A stretch of DNA of 64,000 nt from an uncultured Pelagibacteraceae bacterium (lineage in GTDB: Bacteria > Pseudomonadota > Alphaproteobacteria > Pelagibacterales > Pelagibacteraceae). The translations under genes were made by a program, and so were the position numbers. Of this stretch, positions 28,895 to 44,586 are shown piece after piece; the first letter of the stretch is position 1; each line of letters starts with the position of its first letter. The notes beneath the pieces were generated by a model, which saw only the letters and a list, made by a program, of their open reading frames with translations, was not told the origin of the DNA and made no database searches. The stretch is taken from contig CABXYF010000002.1 in NCBI GenBank assembly GCA_902516435.1, forward strand, positions 32,828 through 96,827, written 5' to 3'.

Positions 28895-29149
28895 ATGGCA
28901 ACAAAAAAAGCAGGTGGATCATCAAGGAATGGTCGAGATAGCGCCGGACGAAGATTGGGTGTTAAAAAATATGGTGGTGAAACAGTTGTACCTGGAAATA
29001 TAATTGTAAGACAAAGAGGAACTAAAATTTTTCCTGGTGAGAATGTAGGTATGGGCAAAGATCATTCTATTTTTTCAGTAGTTAAAGGTAAAGTTGTATT
29101 CAAAAAATCAAAAGCAGATAGAACTTTCGTTTCAGTAAAGCCCAATTAA
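28895..29149 (+). CDS. rpmA: 50S ribosomal protein L27
   Basis: [16 protein letters not shown] and IIVRQRGT motifs. Confidence 0.98.
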   Translation: MATKKAGGSSRNGRDSAGRRLGVKKYGGETVVPGNIIVRQRGTKIFPGENVGMGKDHSIFSVVKGKVVFKKSKADRTFVSVKPN

Positions 29150-29152
29150 TAG

Positions 29153-31256
<2,104 letters not shown>

Positions 31257-32507
31257 ATGATCAAATATATGAATATAGTTGGAGCTAAAGCAAAAAAAGC
31301 TTTTGATAAAAAAGTTAATACAGTAATTAAGAATAAAGTATTGAGTAAATATGCAGAATTATTAGGTAAAGAAAAAAAATTAATCCTTAAGCAAAACTTA
31401 AAAGATGTGAATTACGCCAGAAAAATAGGTGTTAAAAATAATTTAATAAGTAGACTTTTGATAGATGAAAATAAATTAAAAGATATTCAAAATTCAATTA
31501 TTAAAATTTCAAGATTAAAAGATCCAGTTGGTAACACTTTGGAAAAATGGAAAAGGCCTAATGGTTTAAATATTAGTAAAATATCAATACCAATAGGAGT
31601 AATTGGAGTTATTTATGAAAGTAGGCCGAACGTTACATCGGATGTAGCTGGTTTATGCTTTAAATCTGGAAATCCAGTAATTTTAAAGGGTGGCTCAGAG
31701 GCAATAAATACTAATAGAGTTTTAGCAAAGATTTTTAGAAAAGCACTTAGGATTAATAGAGTTGACGAAAACTTTATTCAATTCATTGATACAAAACAAA
31801 GAAGAGTGGTGGATATTATGTTGTCCAGTATGAAAAAATATATTGATGTAATTATTCCACGTGGTGGAAAAAATTTGGTAAAAAGAGTTCAAGATTTATC
31901 TAGTGTTCCTATTATTGGACACCTTGAAGGGCTCTGTCATACATATGTTGATAGAGACGCAAATTTAGATATGTCAAAAAAAATTATTTATAATGCAAAA
32001 TTAAGGAATACAAGTATTTGCGGTGCGACAGAAACAATCCTTATTCATAAAAAAATAGTAAAAAGTTTTTGTAATCCAATTTTGAATAGATTAGAAAATA
32101 AAAATTGTAAAATATATGGAGACAGAATTTTAAAAAAATATTACAAGGGAGAAATTTTGCCAGCTAAAGAAAAAAATTGGTCTACAGAATATTTAGCACC
32201 AGCAGTATCGGTAAAAATTGTAAATAATCTTAAAGAAAGTATTGATCATATAAACAAATATGGAACAATGCATACAGATTGTATAATTACAAATAATAAA
32301 AAAACAGCTAAGATTTTTTTAAGAAATGTTAAAAGCTCAATTGCTATGCATAATACATCAACTCAATTTGCAGATGGTGGAGAATTTGGATTTGGTGGAG
32401 AAGTAGGAATTTCTACAAATACACTACCCCCAAGAGGACCTGTAGGATTAAATCAATTAGTCTCTTATAAATATGAAATTACAAGCAAAGGAAAAACAAG
32501 AAAATAA
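31257..32507 (+). CDS. proA: Gamma-glutamyl phosphate reductase
   Basis: IYESRPNVT, PRGG, CGATET and GGEFGFGGEVGIST motifs. Confidence 0.96.
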   Translation: MIKYMNIVGAKAKKAFDKKVNTVIKNKVLSKYAELLGKEKKLILKQNLKDVNYARKIGVKNNLISRLLIDENKLKDIQNSIIKISRLKDPVGNTLEKWKRPNGLNISKISIPIGVIGVIYESRPNVTSDVAGLCFKSGNPVILKGGSEAINTNRVLAKIFRKALRINRVDENFIQFIDTKQRRVVDIMLSSMKKYIDVIIPRGGKNLVKRVQDLSSVPIIGHLEGLCHTYVDRDANLDMSKKIIYNAKLRNTSICGATETILIHKKIVKSFCNPILNRLENKNCKIYGDRILKKYYKGEILPAKEKNWSTEYLAPAVSVKIVNNLKESIDHINKYGTMHTDCIITNNKKTAKIFLRNVKSSIAMHNTSTQFADGGEFGFGGEVGISTNTLPPRGPVGLNQLVSYKYEITSKGKTRK

Positions 32508-33030
32508 ATTGAACACTAAAAAAATAAAAATTGGTGTTCTGGGAGGTTCTTTTGATCCTGCGCATAAAGGACACTTAGCAATATCGAAAGAAGCAAAAAA
32601 AAGATTTAAACTTCACAATATAATCTGGGCGATAACAAAAAAAAATCCTTTTAAAGCTGAAAGTGAAACAACGGTTTTAAAAAGAATTAAAGAATGTAAG
32701 CGTATAATTGGCTTAAATTCATTTATCAAAGTTAAATTTTATGAAGATATAATTCAATCAAACAAAACTATTGATCTAATTAATCATTTAAAAAAAAATA
32801 AAAAAATTGAAATTTATTTTCTAATGGGAGCAGATAATTTAATTAGTTTCCATAAGTGGCATAAGTCGAAATTGATTTCACAAAAATGTAACATCTTAGT
32901 TTTTGATCGTCATGGATATAAAAAAAATTCATTAAAATCAAAGACATTTAAGCATCTTAACAATAATGTACTTAAATTTATTGAATTTAAAAAAGTCAAC
33001 ATTTCATCTTCTCAATTAAGAAAAATTTGA
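32473..33030 (+). CDS. nadD: Nicotinate-nucleotide adenylyltransferase
   Basis: GGSFDPAHKGH, MGADNL and ISSSQLR motifs. The true start may be TTG 32509. Confidence 0.92.
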   Translation: MKLQAKEKQENKLNTKKIKIGVLGGSFDPAHKGHLAISKEAKKRFKLHNIIWAITKKNPFKAESETTVLKRIKECKRIIGLNSFIKVKFYEDIIQSNKTIDLINHLKKNKKIEIYFLMGADNLISFHKWHKSKLISQKCNILVFDRHGYKKNSLKSKTFKHLNNNVLKFIEFKKVNISSSQLRKI

Positions 33031-33047
33031 TAGTCTAAATTTAATTA

Positions 33048-33398
33048 ATGGATAAAATTTCAGATCTAAAACAAGTTGTAATCAACACCCTTGATCTCAA
33101 TAAAGCGCAAGACATAATAACAATCGATTTAAAAGACAAAAGTTCAATGGCTGATTATATGATTATTGCCAGCGGTACCTCCTCAAGACATATACAATCT
33201 TTATCAGAACTAGTTTTAGAAAACTTAAGAAAAAATGGTGTTCCAGATTCCAAAATTGAAGGAAAAGAAAGCAGTGAGTGGAAATTAGTTGATGGAATAG
33301 ATTTAATTGTTCATATTTTTCACCCTGAAAAAAGAAAATTTTATGAACTTGAAAAAATTTGGTCTGAATTCATTCCAAAAGAAAAAGTTATGATATGA
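33048..33398 (+). CDS. rsfS: Ribosome silencing factor
   Basis: KAQDI, DYMIIASGTSSRH, WKLVD, VHIF and RKFYELEKIW motifs. Confidence 0.95.
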   Translation: MDKISDLKQVVINTLDLNKAQDIITIDLKDKSSMADYMIIASGTSSRHIQSLSELVLENLRKNGVPDSKIEGKESSEWKLVDGIDLIVHIFHPEKRKFYELEKIWSEFIPKEKVMI

Positions 33399-34534
33399 AA
33401 TTAATAAAATCTAATTTAATAATTTTTTTGTCTATTTTTTTTTTTAACAACAGTTTAAATGCTGCAGAGATTGATATTTATAAAAAAATTGATCTTTTTG
33501 GAGAAGTTCTAGAAAAAATAAATAAAGAATACGTAGATGAGATCAATCAGTCTGAAAGTATGGACTCAGCTATTAACGGACTTTTACAATCTCTTGATCC
33601 TTATTCGGCATATATGTCGCCAAAAATTCTTGAACAAATGCAAACAGAGACAAGTGGTGAATTTGGGGGACTTGGTATTGAGGTGAGTATGGAAGCAGGA
33701 GTAATAAAAGTAATATCACCAATAGATGACACCCCCGCATCAAAAGCAGGATTAAAAGCTGGAGACTACATTGTAAAAATAAATAATATTCAGGTACAAG
33801 GAAAATCCTTAGCTGAAGCTGTGGATTTAATGAGAGGATCAGTTGGTTCAGGTATAGAATTAACTGTAAGACGAAGGGGTGAAAAAAAAGCACTAACATT
33901 TAACATTGTTAGAGAGATAATAGAAATTCAATCAGTAAAATCTGAAATTCTAGAAAATAATATAGGATATATAAGACTTACTTCATTTAATGAAAATAGC
34001 AGTAATCAAATTAAGAAACAGGTCGAGAAATTAAAAAAGAATGAAAGTATAAATGCATTTATTTTAGATCTGAGAAATAATCCAGGAGGACTATTATCCC
34101 AAGCTATTACTATTTCAGATTTTTTTTTAGATAACGGAGAAATAGTATCTACTAAAAGTAGAAAAAAATCTGAAAATAGAAAGTGGTTTGCCAAAAAAGG
34201 TGATATTACAAATGGAAAAACATTATTGGTAATGATTAATTATGGTTCAGCCTCAGCCTCTGAAATTGTAGCTGGTGCACTAAAAGATCATAAAAGAGCA
34301 ATAATTGTTGGAGAAAACAGTTATGGAAAAGGATCTGTTCAATCGATCATTCCACTTAAGAATAAAGGTGCTATACGGTTAACTGTTGCAAAATATTATC
34401 TGCCGTCTGGGAAGTCTATTTCTGAGGTCGGAGTAAGACCTGATATTGAAATCAATGAAGAAGGAGATGACTTTAAGATAAAGAGTGATACAGACAATCA
34501 ATTAAGTTACGCCATTAAGTTACTCAACGGATAA
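33395..34534 (+). CDS. ctpA: Carboxy-terminal processing protease (S41)
   Basis: Signal peptide, LDPYS, PDZ domain, DLRNNPGG, SASASEI and GKGSVQ motifs. Confidence 0.92.
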   Translation: MKLIKSNLIIFLSIFFFNNSLNAAEIDIYKKIDLFGEVLEKINKEYVDEINQSESMDSAINGLLQSLDPYSAYMSPKILEQMQTETSGEFGGLGIEVSMEAGVIKVISPIDDTPASKAGLKAGDYIVKINNIQVQGKSLAEAVDLMRGSVGSGIELTVRRRGEKKALTFNIVREIIEIQSVKSEILENNIGYIRLTSFNENSSNQIKKQVEKLKKNESINAFILDLRNNPGGLLSQAITISDFFLDNGEIVSTKSRKKSENRKWFAKKGDITNGKTLLVMINYGSASASEIVAGALKDHKRAIIVGENSYGKGSVQSIIPLKNKGAIRLTVAKYYLPSGKSISEVGVRPDIEINEEGDDFKIKSDTDNQLSYAIKLLNG

Positions 34535-34535
34535 T

Positions 34536-35009
34536 ATGGATAAGAAATATAGTAGCTTACCACTAAGAAGTGGAGTGGGAATAGTCGTTTTAAATAAAGA
34601 AAACAAAGTATTCGTAGCAAAGAGAATTGATAATCCAAAAGATTTTTGGCAGATGCCTCAGGGAGGAGTTAATTCTGGTGAAGATTTTTTAAAAGCTGCT
34701 TACAGAGAACTAGAGGAGGAAACCAGTATCAAAAGCGTTAAACTTATTAAAGAGTTAGATGGTATGATAACTTATGAACTTCCAAAGCGTCTATTAGGTA
34801 TTATTTGGAAGGGTAAATATAGAGGGCAGAAACAAAAGTGGTTTTTAATGAGATTTACTGGTGAAGATAAGGAAATTAATATTAATACTCATCATCCAGA
34901 GTTTTTAGATTGGAAATGGATAGAGCTAGACCAACTAACTAAAGTAGTAGTAGAATTTAAATTGCATGTTTACAAGGAAGTGCAAGAAAAGGTTCAAAAA
35001 TTGATCTAA
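34536..35009 (+). CDS. rppH: RNA pyrophosphohydrolase
   Basis: WQMPQGG plus Nudix box and GQKQKWF. Confidence 0.93.
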   Translation: MDKKYSSLPLRSGVGIVVLNKENKVFVAKRIDNPKDFWQMPQGGVNSGEDFLKAAYRELEEETSIKSVKLIKELDGMITYELPKRLLGIIWKGKYRGQKQKWFLMRFTGEDKEININTHHPEFLDWKWIELDQLTKVVVEFKLHVYKEVQEKVQKLI

Positions 35010-35397
35010 TTAAGTGTTTTTAAAACTTCTATTTTTTGATCAATTAAATATTTAGACTGGTCACTTATTTCTTCCTTACCAGATTCTTCCTCAGCTTGTT
35101 TCAATAAATCTTGTTGTTTAGATTTATCTATATCAGCAATATTAAATATTGAGCTTGTTAGAATTGAAAGATTATTGTTTTTAAATTCAACAATACCATC
35201 TTCAACATAATAATTTTCATCTCCTGATTTTGATAAAATTTTAATTATACCAGGCTTTAAAAAAGAAATAATTGAAATATGATCTTTCAATATTCCCATT
35301 TCTCCTTCATAAGCTGGAACAACAACTTCTGATACGTCCTCTTTTACTAAAAAAGATTTTTCTGGATTTACAATTTCAATTTTGAATTCTTCACTCA

Positions 35398-35398
<1 letters not shown>
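35006..35398 (-). CDS. atpC: ATP synthase F1 epsilon subunit
   Basis: EIVNPE and GEMGILKDH motifs; follows atpD. Confidence 0.93.
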
Positions 35399-37694
<2,296 letters not shown>

Positions 37695-37700
37695 TTTTTA

Positions 37701-39236
37701 TTATGATTTAAAGTTTTGTTTAAGTTGAGTTATTACTTCTACTAATAGTTTTTCTTTATCTTCTTCGAGTTTGCCAGAACTTTGAATAGAATCAATTATT
37801 TCGGGCTTATCAGATTTACACTTTTCAATTATCTTAGATTCAAATTCAGCAATATCTTTTAAATCGATATCATCCAAATAACCTTTTACTCCACAAAAAA
37901 CAGATACTACTTGCTCTGCGACTGTCAGTGGTGAATATTGTTTTTGTTTTAAAAGTTCAGTCAACTTTGAACCTCTATTAAGGAGTTGCTGCGTTGAAGC
38001 ATCTAAATCTGATCCAAATTGAGCAAAAGCAGCCATTTCTCTGTACTGTGCTAACTCAAGTTTCATCGACCCTGATACTTTCTTCATGGCTTTTGTTTGA
38101 GCCGAAGATCCAACCCTTGACACAGATAAACCAACATTAATTGCTGGTCTAATACCTTGGTTAAAAAGTTCTGTTTCTAGAAATATCTGGCCATCTGTAA
38201 TCGAAATTACATTTGTTGGAATAAATGCAGAAACATCCCCTCCCTGGGTTTCAATTATTGGAAGTGCTGTTAGTGATCCTCCACCATGTTCATCACTTAG
38301 TTTTGCTGCTCTTTCTAATAATCTGCTGTGCAAGTAAAATACATCTCCTGGGTAAGCTTCTCTTCCTGGAGGTCTTCTTAAAAGAAGAGACATTTGTCTA
38401 TATGCAACAGCCTGTTTTGATAGATCGTCATAAATGATTAACGCGTGCATTCCATTATCTCTAAAATATTCACCCATGGCACAACCAGTGTAAGGAGCTA
38501 AAAATTGTAACGGAGCTGAATCTGATGCTGTAGCAGCAACAATAGTTGTATATTCCATTGCACCAGCTTCTTCTAAAGTTTTTTGAATTTGTCTTACGGT
38601 TGATCTTTTTTGCCCGACCGCAACATATATGCAGTATAATTTTTGTTTCTCATCACCTGATTCATTAATTTTTTTCTGATTTATAATTGCGTCAACAGCA
38701 ACAGCAGTTTTACCTGTCTGTCTGTCTCCAATAATTAATTCCCTTTGACCTCTTCCAATTGGCACCAAACTATCAATTGATTTTAATCCTGTTTGCATTG
38801 GTTCACTAACTGATTGTCTAGGAATAATACCAGGGGCTTTAACCTCTACCCTTGTTTTTTTAACACTTTTATCCAGCGCTCCTTTGCCATCAATTGGATT
38901 TCCTAAGCCATCAACTACTCTACCTAAAAGTTCTTTTCCAACCGGCGTATCAACAATATTACCTGTTCTTTTAACAACATCACCTTCTTTAATATTTCTA
39001 TCGTCACCAAAAATTACAACACCAACATTTTCACTTTCCAAGTTAAGAGCCATACCTTTTGAACCATCAGCAAATTCAACCATCTCACCAGCCTGAACAT
39101 TATCTAATCCATAAATTCTAGCAATACCATCTCCAACAGACAATACTTGGCCGACTTCAGTAACCTCAGTCTTTTCACCAAAATTTTTAATTTGCTCTTT
39201 TAATATTTTTGTAACTTCTGAAGGATTTATTTCCAT
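37701..39236 (-). CDS. atpA: ATP synthase F1 alpha subunit
   Basis: GDRQTGKT and [21 protein letters not shown] motifs. Confidence 0.99.
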   Translation of the reverse strand: MEINPSEVTKILKEQIKNFGEKTEVTEVGQVLSVGDGIARIYGLDNVQAGEMVEFADGSKGMALNLESENVGVVIFGDDRNIKEGDVVKRTGNIVDTPVGKELLGRVVDGLGNPIDGKGALDKSVKKTRVEVKAPGIIPRQSVSEPMQTGLKSIDSLVPIGRGQRELIIGDRQTGKTAVAVDAIINQKKINESGDEKQKLYCIYVAVGQKRSTVRQIQKTLEEAGAMEYTTIVAATASDSAPLQFLAPYTGCAMGEYFRDNGMHALIIYDDLSKQAVAYRQMSLLLRRPPGREAYPGDVFYLHSRLLERAAKLSDEHGGGSLTALPIIETQGGDVSAFIPTNVISITDGQIFLETELFNQGIRPAINVGLSVSRVGSSAQTKAMKKVSGSMKLELAQYREMAAFAQFGSDLDASTQQLLNRGSKLTELLKQKQYSPLTVAEQVVSVFCGVKGYLDDIDLKDIAEFESKIIEKCKSDKPEIIDSIQSSGKLEEDKEKLLVEVITQLKQNFKS

Positions 39237-39794
39237 TTATGCCTCTATCATTCTGTTTTCAATTTGTTGTAATTTATTTTTAATTGAGGTGTCAACCATT
39301 GTACTTCCAACTTGCAGGACTAAACCTCCTATTAAACTTTTGTCATATTTATAGTTTAATTTTATTTTAGAGCTAAAATTTTTAGTTAGCTCCTCTGTAA
39401 TTTTTATTATTTCATCATTAGACAATTCTATTGCTGATTTTAATTCTGCTTTAAGTTCACCTCTTTTTTTTGAACATATCTCAATAAAACTTTTAAGAAT
39501 TCTCTCTAAAAAAAAGAACCTTCTTTTTTGAATTAAAAAATTTAAAAAATTTTTAAATAAAGTTTCAAATTTATAACTTTCTGAAATTGAAGTTATAATC
39601 TTTAATAAATCATCTCGTTTTGTTGTTGGATCTTTTATTAAATTTTTAAAATCTTCACTAGAGTTTATTAAACTAAGAATAGATGAGCACTGTTCCTCCA
39701 TTTTAGTCAAAACATTGCTCTCGTTGGATAACTCATAAAGTGCGAGCGAATATCTTTCTGCTGAAGTTATTGAAAATCCTGTGTCTTTGCTCAA
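39237..39794 (-). CDS. atpH: ATP synthase F1 delta subunit
   Basis: RYSLALY and LIGG...VDTS motifs; TTG start preceded by AGAGGA. Confidence 0.94.
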   Translation of the reverse strand: MSKDTGFSITSAERYSLALYELSNESNVLTKMEEQCSSILSLINSSEDFKNLIKDPTTKRDDLLKIITSISESYKFETLFKNFLNFLIQKRRFFFLERILKSFIEICSKKRGELKAELKSAIELSNDEIIKITEELTKNFSSKIKLNYKYDKSLIGGLVLQVGSTMVDTSIKNKLQQIENRMIEA

Positions 39795-39838
39795 CTTTGT
39801 TCCTCTAAAATGTTGAAGATTAAATTAAAAACAGGCTT

Positions 39839-39867
39839 TAATTAGCATATGAACTTTGGGTCTTCAA
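39839..39867 (-). promoter_or_regulatory. Putative atpHAGDC promoter
   Basis: TTGAAG-N17-TAATTA with an extended -10 TG. Confidence 0.5.
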
Positions 39868-39902
39868 GTAACCGATTTGTTAAAAAGGCGTTTTTTTACT
39901 AA

Positions 39903-41858
39903 TTAATTGAAGTTTATTGGGTCAACATCAACTGAAAGTTTTATTCCAGCTGCAAACTTATAATTTGAAATAATTTTTGCAATTGAGCTTTGTACTTTCA
40001 TAGTTTTAATTCCTCTTATTAATAATCTAACTCTAAATTTTCTTTTCAACCTAAATATGGGTGCATTTACTGGACCCAAGACTCTACCCTCAATTTTGGT
40101 TTCTATAAAATTTTTAAAATTTAAAGCCTCTTTTTCTAATTTATTCTCATTTTCACCGGTAAGTATTAATGACACAAATCGTTGAAAAGGGGGAAGTTTA
40201 TTTTTTTTTCTAATCTCTAATTCTCTTTCTAAAAAAATATCAGGATCTTTATTGGTGATATCATCAATCATTTTTGTATCATTATTATAAGTTTGAAAAT
40301 AAACTGTAGCTGGTTTTCCAGTTCTTCCAGCCCTTCCTGAAAGTTGATGATAAAGTTGTAAATTTTTTTCAGCTCCTCTTAAATCATGTCCTTGTGAGGA
40401 AAGATCTATATCGACTACAACAATACAGTTTAAATTTGGGAAATGAAAACCTTTAGAAATTAATTGTGTTCCAACCAAAATTTGTACTTCATTGTTAATT
40501 ATTTTTTCTAATTTTTTACTAGAGTCTTTCTTATTCATGGTATCACTTGAAAAAATTTCAATTATTTTAGATGGAAAGTTTTTTTTAACCTCTTCAAATA
40601 TTCTCTCAACCCCAGGACCACTAAAAATAAATTCACAGTGCTTATCTTTTACACAGTCTCTTTTTAATGAAGATTTAAAACCACAATAGTGGCACAATAA
40701 ATTATTTTTATTTTTGTGATAAACTAAATTAATTGAGCAATTTGGACATGAATAACTATTAAAGCATTTATTACAAAGCACATGTGGAGAAAATCCTCTT
40801 CTATTTAAAAAAAATAATACTTGGTCATTTTTATCAAGATGAAATTTTACTTTTTCTAATATTTTTTTTGATAGCCATGATTGTTTTTCCAACTTTGTAT
40901 CATTAAGATTGATTATTTCATAATTAGGTAAAGATGCATTTTGATAACGTTTTTCTAATTTGGAAATACTATATTTACCTTTTTTAACATTTTCATAAGT
41001 TTCAATTGATGGTACCGCTGTTATTAAATTGATAGGTATATTTTCAAATGACGCTCTTGAAATGGCCATATCTCTTGCATTATAGGTAACACCCTCATCT
41101 TGTTTGTAAGATTGGTCATGCTCTTCATCAACAATAATTAATCCTAGTTTTTTAAATGGTAAAAATAATGATGATCTAGCACCAATAACAACTTTAATTT
41201 CTCCATTCACGACTCCACTCCAAATAATTTCTTTGTTTTTTTTTGTAATACCAGAGTGCCAAACTGCTGGTGTAAAACCAAAAAATTCTATAAATTTTTT
41301 TTTAAATTCACCAGTTAAACCAATCTCTGGTAATAAAATTAGGCCCTGAAAACCTTTATTTATAATGTCTTTAAAAGCTTCAAAGTATACCATAGTTTTT
41401 CCCGAACCTGTTGTTCCCTGAAGTACATGAACCCTAAATTTTTGACTAGTAAGTTTCATTTTTTTAAGAGAATTTTTTTGTTCTTCGGAGAGTTTTATTA
41501 AATTTTTTTTTATATTTGTTTCAAAAATCTTATGAGTACCTTTTGGAAGTTTTTCTACAGCATTGCTGCTAAGCAAGACTAATTTTAAAGCCATTCCTTT
41601 AGGAATTATATTGTATTCAGAAAACCAGTTAAGAAATTTAATTGTTGTTTTTTTTAATGGGGAAACATTTAGTTTTTTTAAAACACTTTTTATTTTGAAC
41701 TTTCTACTATTATTATTTTCAAATTCATCCCAAACTACTCCTGTGATTTTAGATTTACCGAAAGGTACCACCACATAATCACCTACTTTTAAATTAATAT
41801 CACTCTCATAAGTAAAAGGATGATTAAATATATTTGGTAAAAGAATCGGTACTTTCAT
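39903..41858 (-). CDS. priA: Primosomal protein N' (replication restart helicase)
   Basis: GTTGSGKT, DEEH, Cys-rich region and QLSGRAGR motifs. Confidence 0.96.
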   Translation of the reverse strand: MKVPILLPNIFNHPFTYESDINLKVGDYVVVPFGKSKITGVVWDEFENNNSRKFKIKSVLKKLNVSPLKKTTIKFLNWFSEYNIIPKGMALKLVLLSSNAVEKLPKGTHKIFETNIKKNLIKLSEEQKNSLKKMKLTSQKFRVHVLQGTTGSGKTMVYFEAFKDIINKGFQGLILLPEIGLTGEFKKKFIEFFGFTPAVWHSGITKKNKEIIWSGVVNGEIKVVIGARSSLFLPFKKLGLIIVDEEHDQSYKQDEGVTYNARDMAISRASFENIPINLITAVPSIETYENVKKGKYSISKLEKRYQNASLPNYEIINLNDTKLEKQSWLSKKILEKVKFHLDKNDQVLFFLNRRGFSPHVLCNKCFNSYSCPNCSINLVYHKNKNNLLCHYCGFKSSLKRDCVKDKHCEFIFSGPGVERIFEEVKKNFPSKIIEIFSSDTMNKKDSSKKLEKIINNEVQILVGTQLISKGFHFPNLNCIVVVDIDLSSQGHDLRGAEKNLQLYHQLSGRAGRTGKPATVYFQTYNNDTKMIDDITNKDPDIFLERELEIRKKNKLPPFQRFVSLILTGENENKLEKEALNFKNFIETKIEGRVLGPVNAPIFRLKRKFRVRLLIRGIKTMKVQSSIAKIISNYKFAAGIKLSVDVDPINFN

Positions 41859-41880
41859 ATTTTAATAATATGAAAAATAA

Positions 41881-43281
41881 TTAAGAGTGTATTGCTCTTT
41901 TATCTACTGATAATGCTGCTTCTTTAACAGCTTCTGAAAATGTTGGATGAGCATGACATGTTCTTGCAATATCTTCTGAACTTGCTCCAAATTCCATTGC
42001 AACACCTATTTCTGCAATAAGTTCGCCTGCGTGAGGGCCGATTATGTGTGCACCTAGAACTTTATCTGTAGTTTCATCTGCTAAAATTTTAACAAAGCCC
42101 TCTGCATCATCTATTGCTTTTGCTCTTGAGTTTGCCATAAAAGAAAACTTACCAACTTTGTAATTTGTATTTAGTTCTTTTAATTGTTCTTCTGTCTTAC
42201 CGATTGAAGCAACTTCAGGGGTTGTGTAAATTACCCCAGGAATTGTATCATAATTAACATGGCCTGATTGACCTGCAATATTTTCAGCAACTGCAATTCC
42301 TTCATCCTCTGCTTTATGAGCAAGCATTGGTCCACTTGTAACATCACCTATCGCATAGATATTTTGGATATTAGTTTTAAAATTATCGTCTGTTTTAACT
42401 CTTTTTTTCTCATCTAATTCAACCCCAGCGGCTTCTATGTTTAAACCATTCGTATTCGCTTTTCGTCCGACTGAAATAAGAACAACATCACAATCAAAAT
42501 TATTTGTATTTCCATCTTTATCAACTGTTACTACAACTGCTCCTGTTTCATTTTTTTGTATAGCATCAACTTTATTTTCCATATGAAATTTGATGCCTTG
42601 TTTTTTTAAAATCTTCATAAATTCTGAAGAAATTTCTTTATCCATGCCAGGAGTGATATGATCTAAAAATTCTACCACTGCTACTTCGGCTCCTAATCTT
42701 GACCAAACAGACCCCATTTCTAATCCAATGTATCCACCACCAACAACAACCATTTTTTTTGGAACTTTATCTAATTTAAGTGCACCTGTTGAAGATACGA
42801 TAACTTTCTCATCAATTTTAATTCCTGACAAAGACGTTGCCACGGAACCAGTGGCTATCACTGTTTTTTCGGCTTCAATTATAATTTCATTATTCTGATC
42901 ATCTTTAATTATGATTTCATTTTGAGACTTGAAGCTTCCAGTTCCTTTATAATACGTAACTTTATTTTTCTTAAGTAAAAACTCAACACCTTTAGTTAAT
43001 ACTGTCACAGCTTTATCTTTGCTTTTCATCATTTTATCAAGATTTAACTTAACATCTCCAATTTCTATTCCTTTGCTCGCTAAACCTTTTACTTTGTGAA
43101 ACTCTTCAGATAAATTCAGTAAACTTTTTGATGGTATACACCCAACATTTAAACAAGTGCCTCCCAAGGATCCTCTAGATTCCACACATGCTGTTTTTAG
43201 ACCTAACTGAGAAAGTCTTATTGCACAAACGTAGCCTCCTGGACCGCCACCAATAACAACTGCTTGAAATTTTTCTGACAT
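41881..43281 (-). CDS. lpdA: Dihydrolipoamide dehydrogenase
   Basis: GGTCLNVGCIPSK and HPTFSEA motifs. Confidence 0.98.
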   Translation of the reverse strand: MSEKFQAVVIGGGPGGYVCAIRLSQLGLKTACVESRGSLGGTCLNVGCIPSKSLLNLSEEFHKVKGLASKGIEIGDVKLNLDKMMKSKDKAVTVLTKGVEFLLKKNKVTYYKGTGSFKSQNEIIIKDDQNNEIIIEAEKTVIATGSVATSLSGIKIDEKVIVSSTGALKLDKVPKKMVVVGGGYIGLEMGSVWSRLGAEVAVVEFLDHITPGMDKEISSEFMKILKKQGIKFHMENKVDAIQKNETGAVVVTVDKDGNTNNFDCDVVLISVGRKANTNGLNIEAAGVELDEKKRVKTDDNFKTNIQNIYAIGDVTSGPMLAHKAEDEGIAVAENIAGQSGHVNYDTIPGVIYTTPEVASIGKTEEQLKELNTNYKVGKFSFMANSRAKAIDDAEGFVKILADETTDKVLGAHIIGPHAGELIAEIGVAMEFGASSEDIARTCHAHPTFSEAVKEAALSVDKRAIHS

Positions 43282-44580
43282 TTAAATATCCAAAAATAAC
43301 CTTCTAGGGTCTTCTAAGTTTTCTTTAATCATTTTCAGAAATGATACAGATTCTTTTCCATCAATTATTCTATGATCATAAGATAATGCCAAGTACATTA
43401 TTGGCCTTATTTTAATTTCACCATCAACAACAATAGGTCTATCAACAATATTATGCATTCCTAGAACTCCAGATTGTGGAAGATTTAGTATTGGTGTTGA
43501 AAGCATAGATCCATATACTCCACCATTACTTATTGTGAACGTTCCTCCTTGAAGTTCTTCAATAGTTAATTTTCCATCTTTTGCTTTTTCTGAAATAGCT
43601 TTAATATTTTTTTCTATATCAGCAAAAGATAACTCGTCCGCATTCCTTAAAACTGGGACAACTAGACCTTTGTCGGTTCCAACAGCAAAACTAATATTAT
43701 AATAGTTTTTATAAATTATTTCATCTCCATCAATTTCAGCATTTACAGCTGGAAAGTTTTTTAAAGCTACCACACATGCTTTTACAAAGAAGGACATAAA
43801 ACCTAATTTGATACCATATCGAGACTGAAAATCTTGTTGATTTTCTTTTCGCATCTCCATAATATTTGTCATATCAATCTCATTAAATGTAGTTAATAGT
43901 GCAGCGTTTTCTTGAGCTTGTTTTAATCTTTTAGCAATAGTTTGTCTTAATCTAGACATTTTAATTCTTTCCTCTTGACCATATTGTATTTTTCTCTCAG
44001 AGGGTTTTGGGTTTGCTCCCATCATACTAATGAGATCTCCTTTTAAAACTCTTCCATCTTTTCCAGAACCTTGAACTGAATTAATATCTATTTGATTTTC
44101 GTTTACAATTTTTCTAACCGCTGGTGACAAAGTCTGATTTTGACTTTGTTTAACTACTAGAATTTCATCAGCAACCTCTTCGGTCAAAACTAAAGGTTTT
44201 GTATCCCGGGTGTTTTCTTTTGATTTTTCCTCAAATATTTTTGGATCTTTTTTAATTGGATCTAATTTGATTACATTATTTTCTTTAAGAGAAGGCTCTA
44301 TTTTTTTAACTTCCTCTATCTTTTTAGCAGATGTTTTTGCACTATTTTGTGAAATAGATCCTAATAATGCTCCAACCGCAACTACTGATCCATCTTTTTC
44401 ATTTATTTCAGATAAAACCCCTGTAATTGGTGATGGAACTTCTAAGTTAACTTTATCTGTTTCAAGCTCAACAACTGGCTCGTCAGCTTCCACAGGATCT
44501 CCAGCATTTTTTAACCACTTAGCAACAGTAGCCTCTGTAATACTTTCGCCAAGAGCTGGCACTAAAATTTTTTCACTCAT
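43282..44580 (-). CDS. sucB: 2-oxoglutarate dehydrogenase E2
   Basis: Lipoyl ETDKV, E3-binding domain and DHRIIDG motifs. Confidence 0.97.
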   Translation of the reverse strand: MSEKILVPALGESITEATVAKWLKNAGDPVEADEPVVELETDKVNLEVPSPITGVLSEINEKDGSVVAVGALLGSISQNSAKTSAKKIEEVKKIEPSLKENNVIKLDPIKKDPKIFEEKSKENTRDTKPLVLTEEVADEILVVKQSQNQTLSPAVRKIVNENQIDINSVQGSGKDGRVLKGDLISMMGANPKPSERKIQYGQEERIKMSRLRQTIAKRLKQAQENAALLTTFNEIDMTNIMEMRKENQQDFQSRYGIKLGFMSFFVKACVVALKNFPAVNAEIDGDEIIYKNYYNISFAVGTDKGLVVPVLRNADELSFADIEKNIKAISEKAKDGKLTIEELQGGTFTISNGGVYGSMLSTPILNLPQSGVLGMHNIVDRPIVVDGEIKIRPIMYLALSYDHRIIDGKESVSFLKMIKENLEDPRRLFLDI

Positions 44581-44586
44581 TATAAA

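Noticed and set aside
39880-39900. Possible terminator between priA and atpH (AAAAAGGCGTTTTTTT)
   Set aside because: No GC stem of adequate length.
41870-41900. AAGAG/CTCTT hairpin at the lpdA 3' end as a terminator
   Set aside because: A 5-bp stem inside the coding sequence with no immediately adjacent U-tract.
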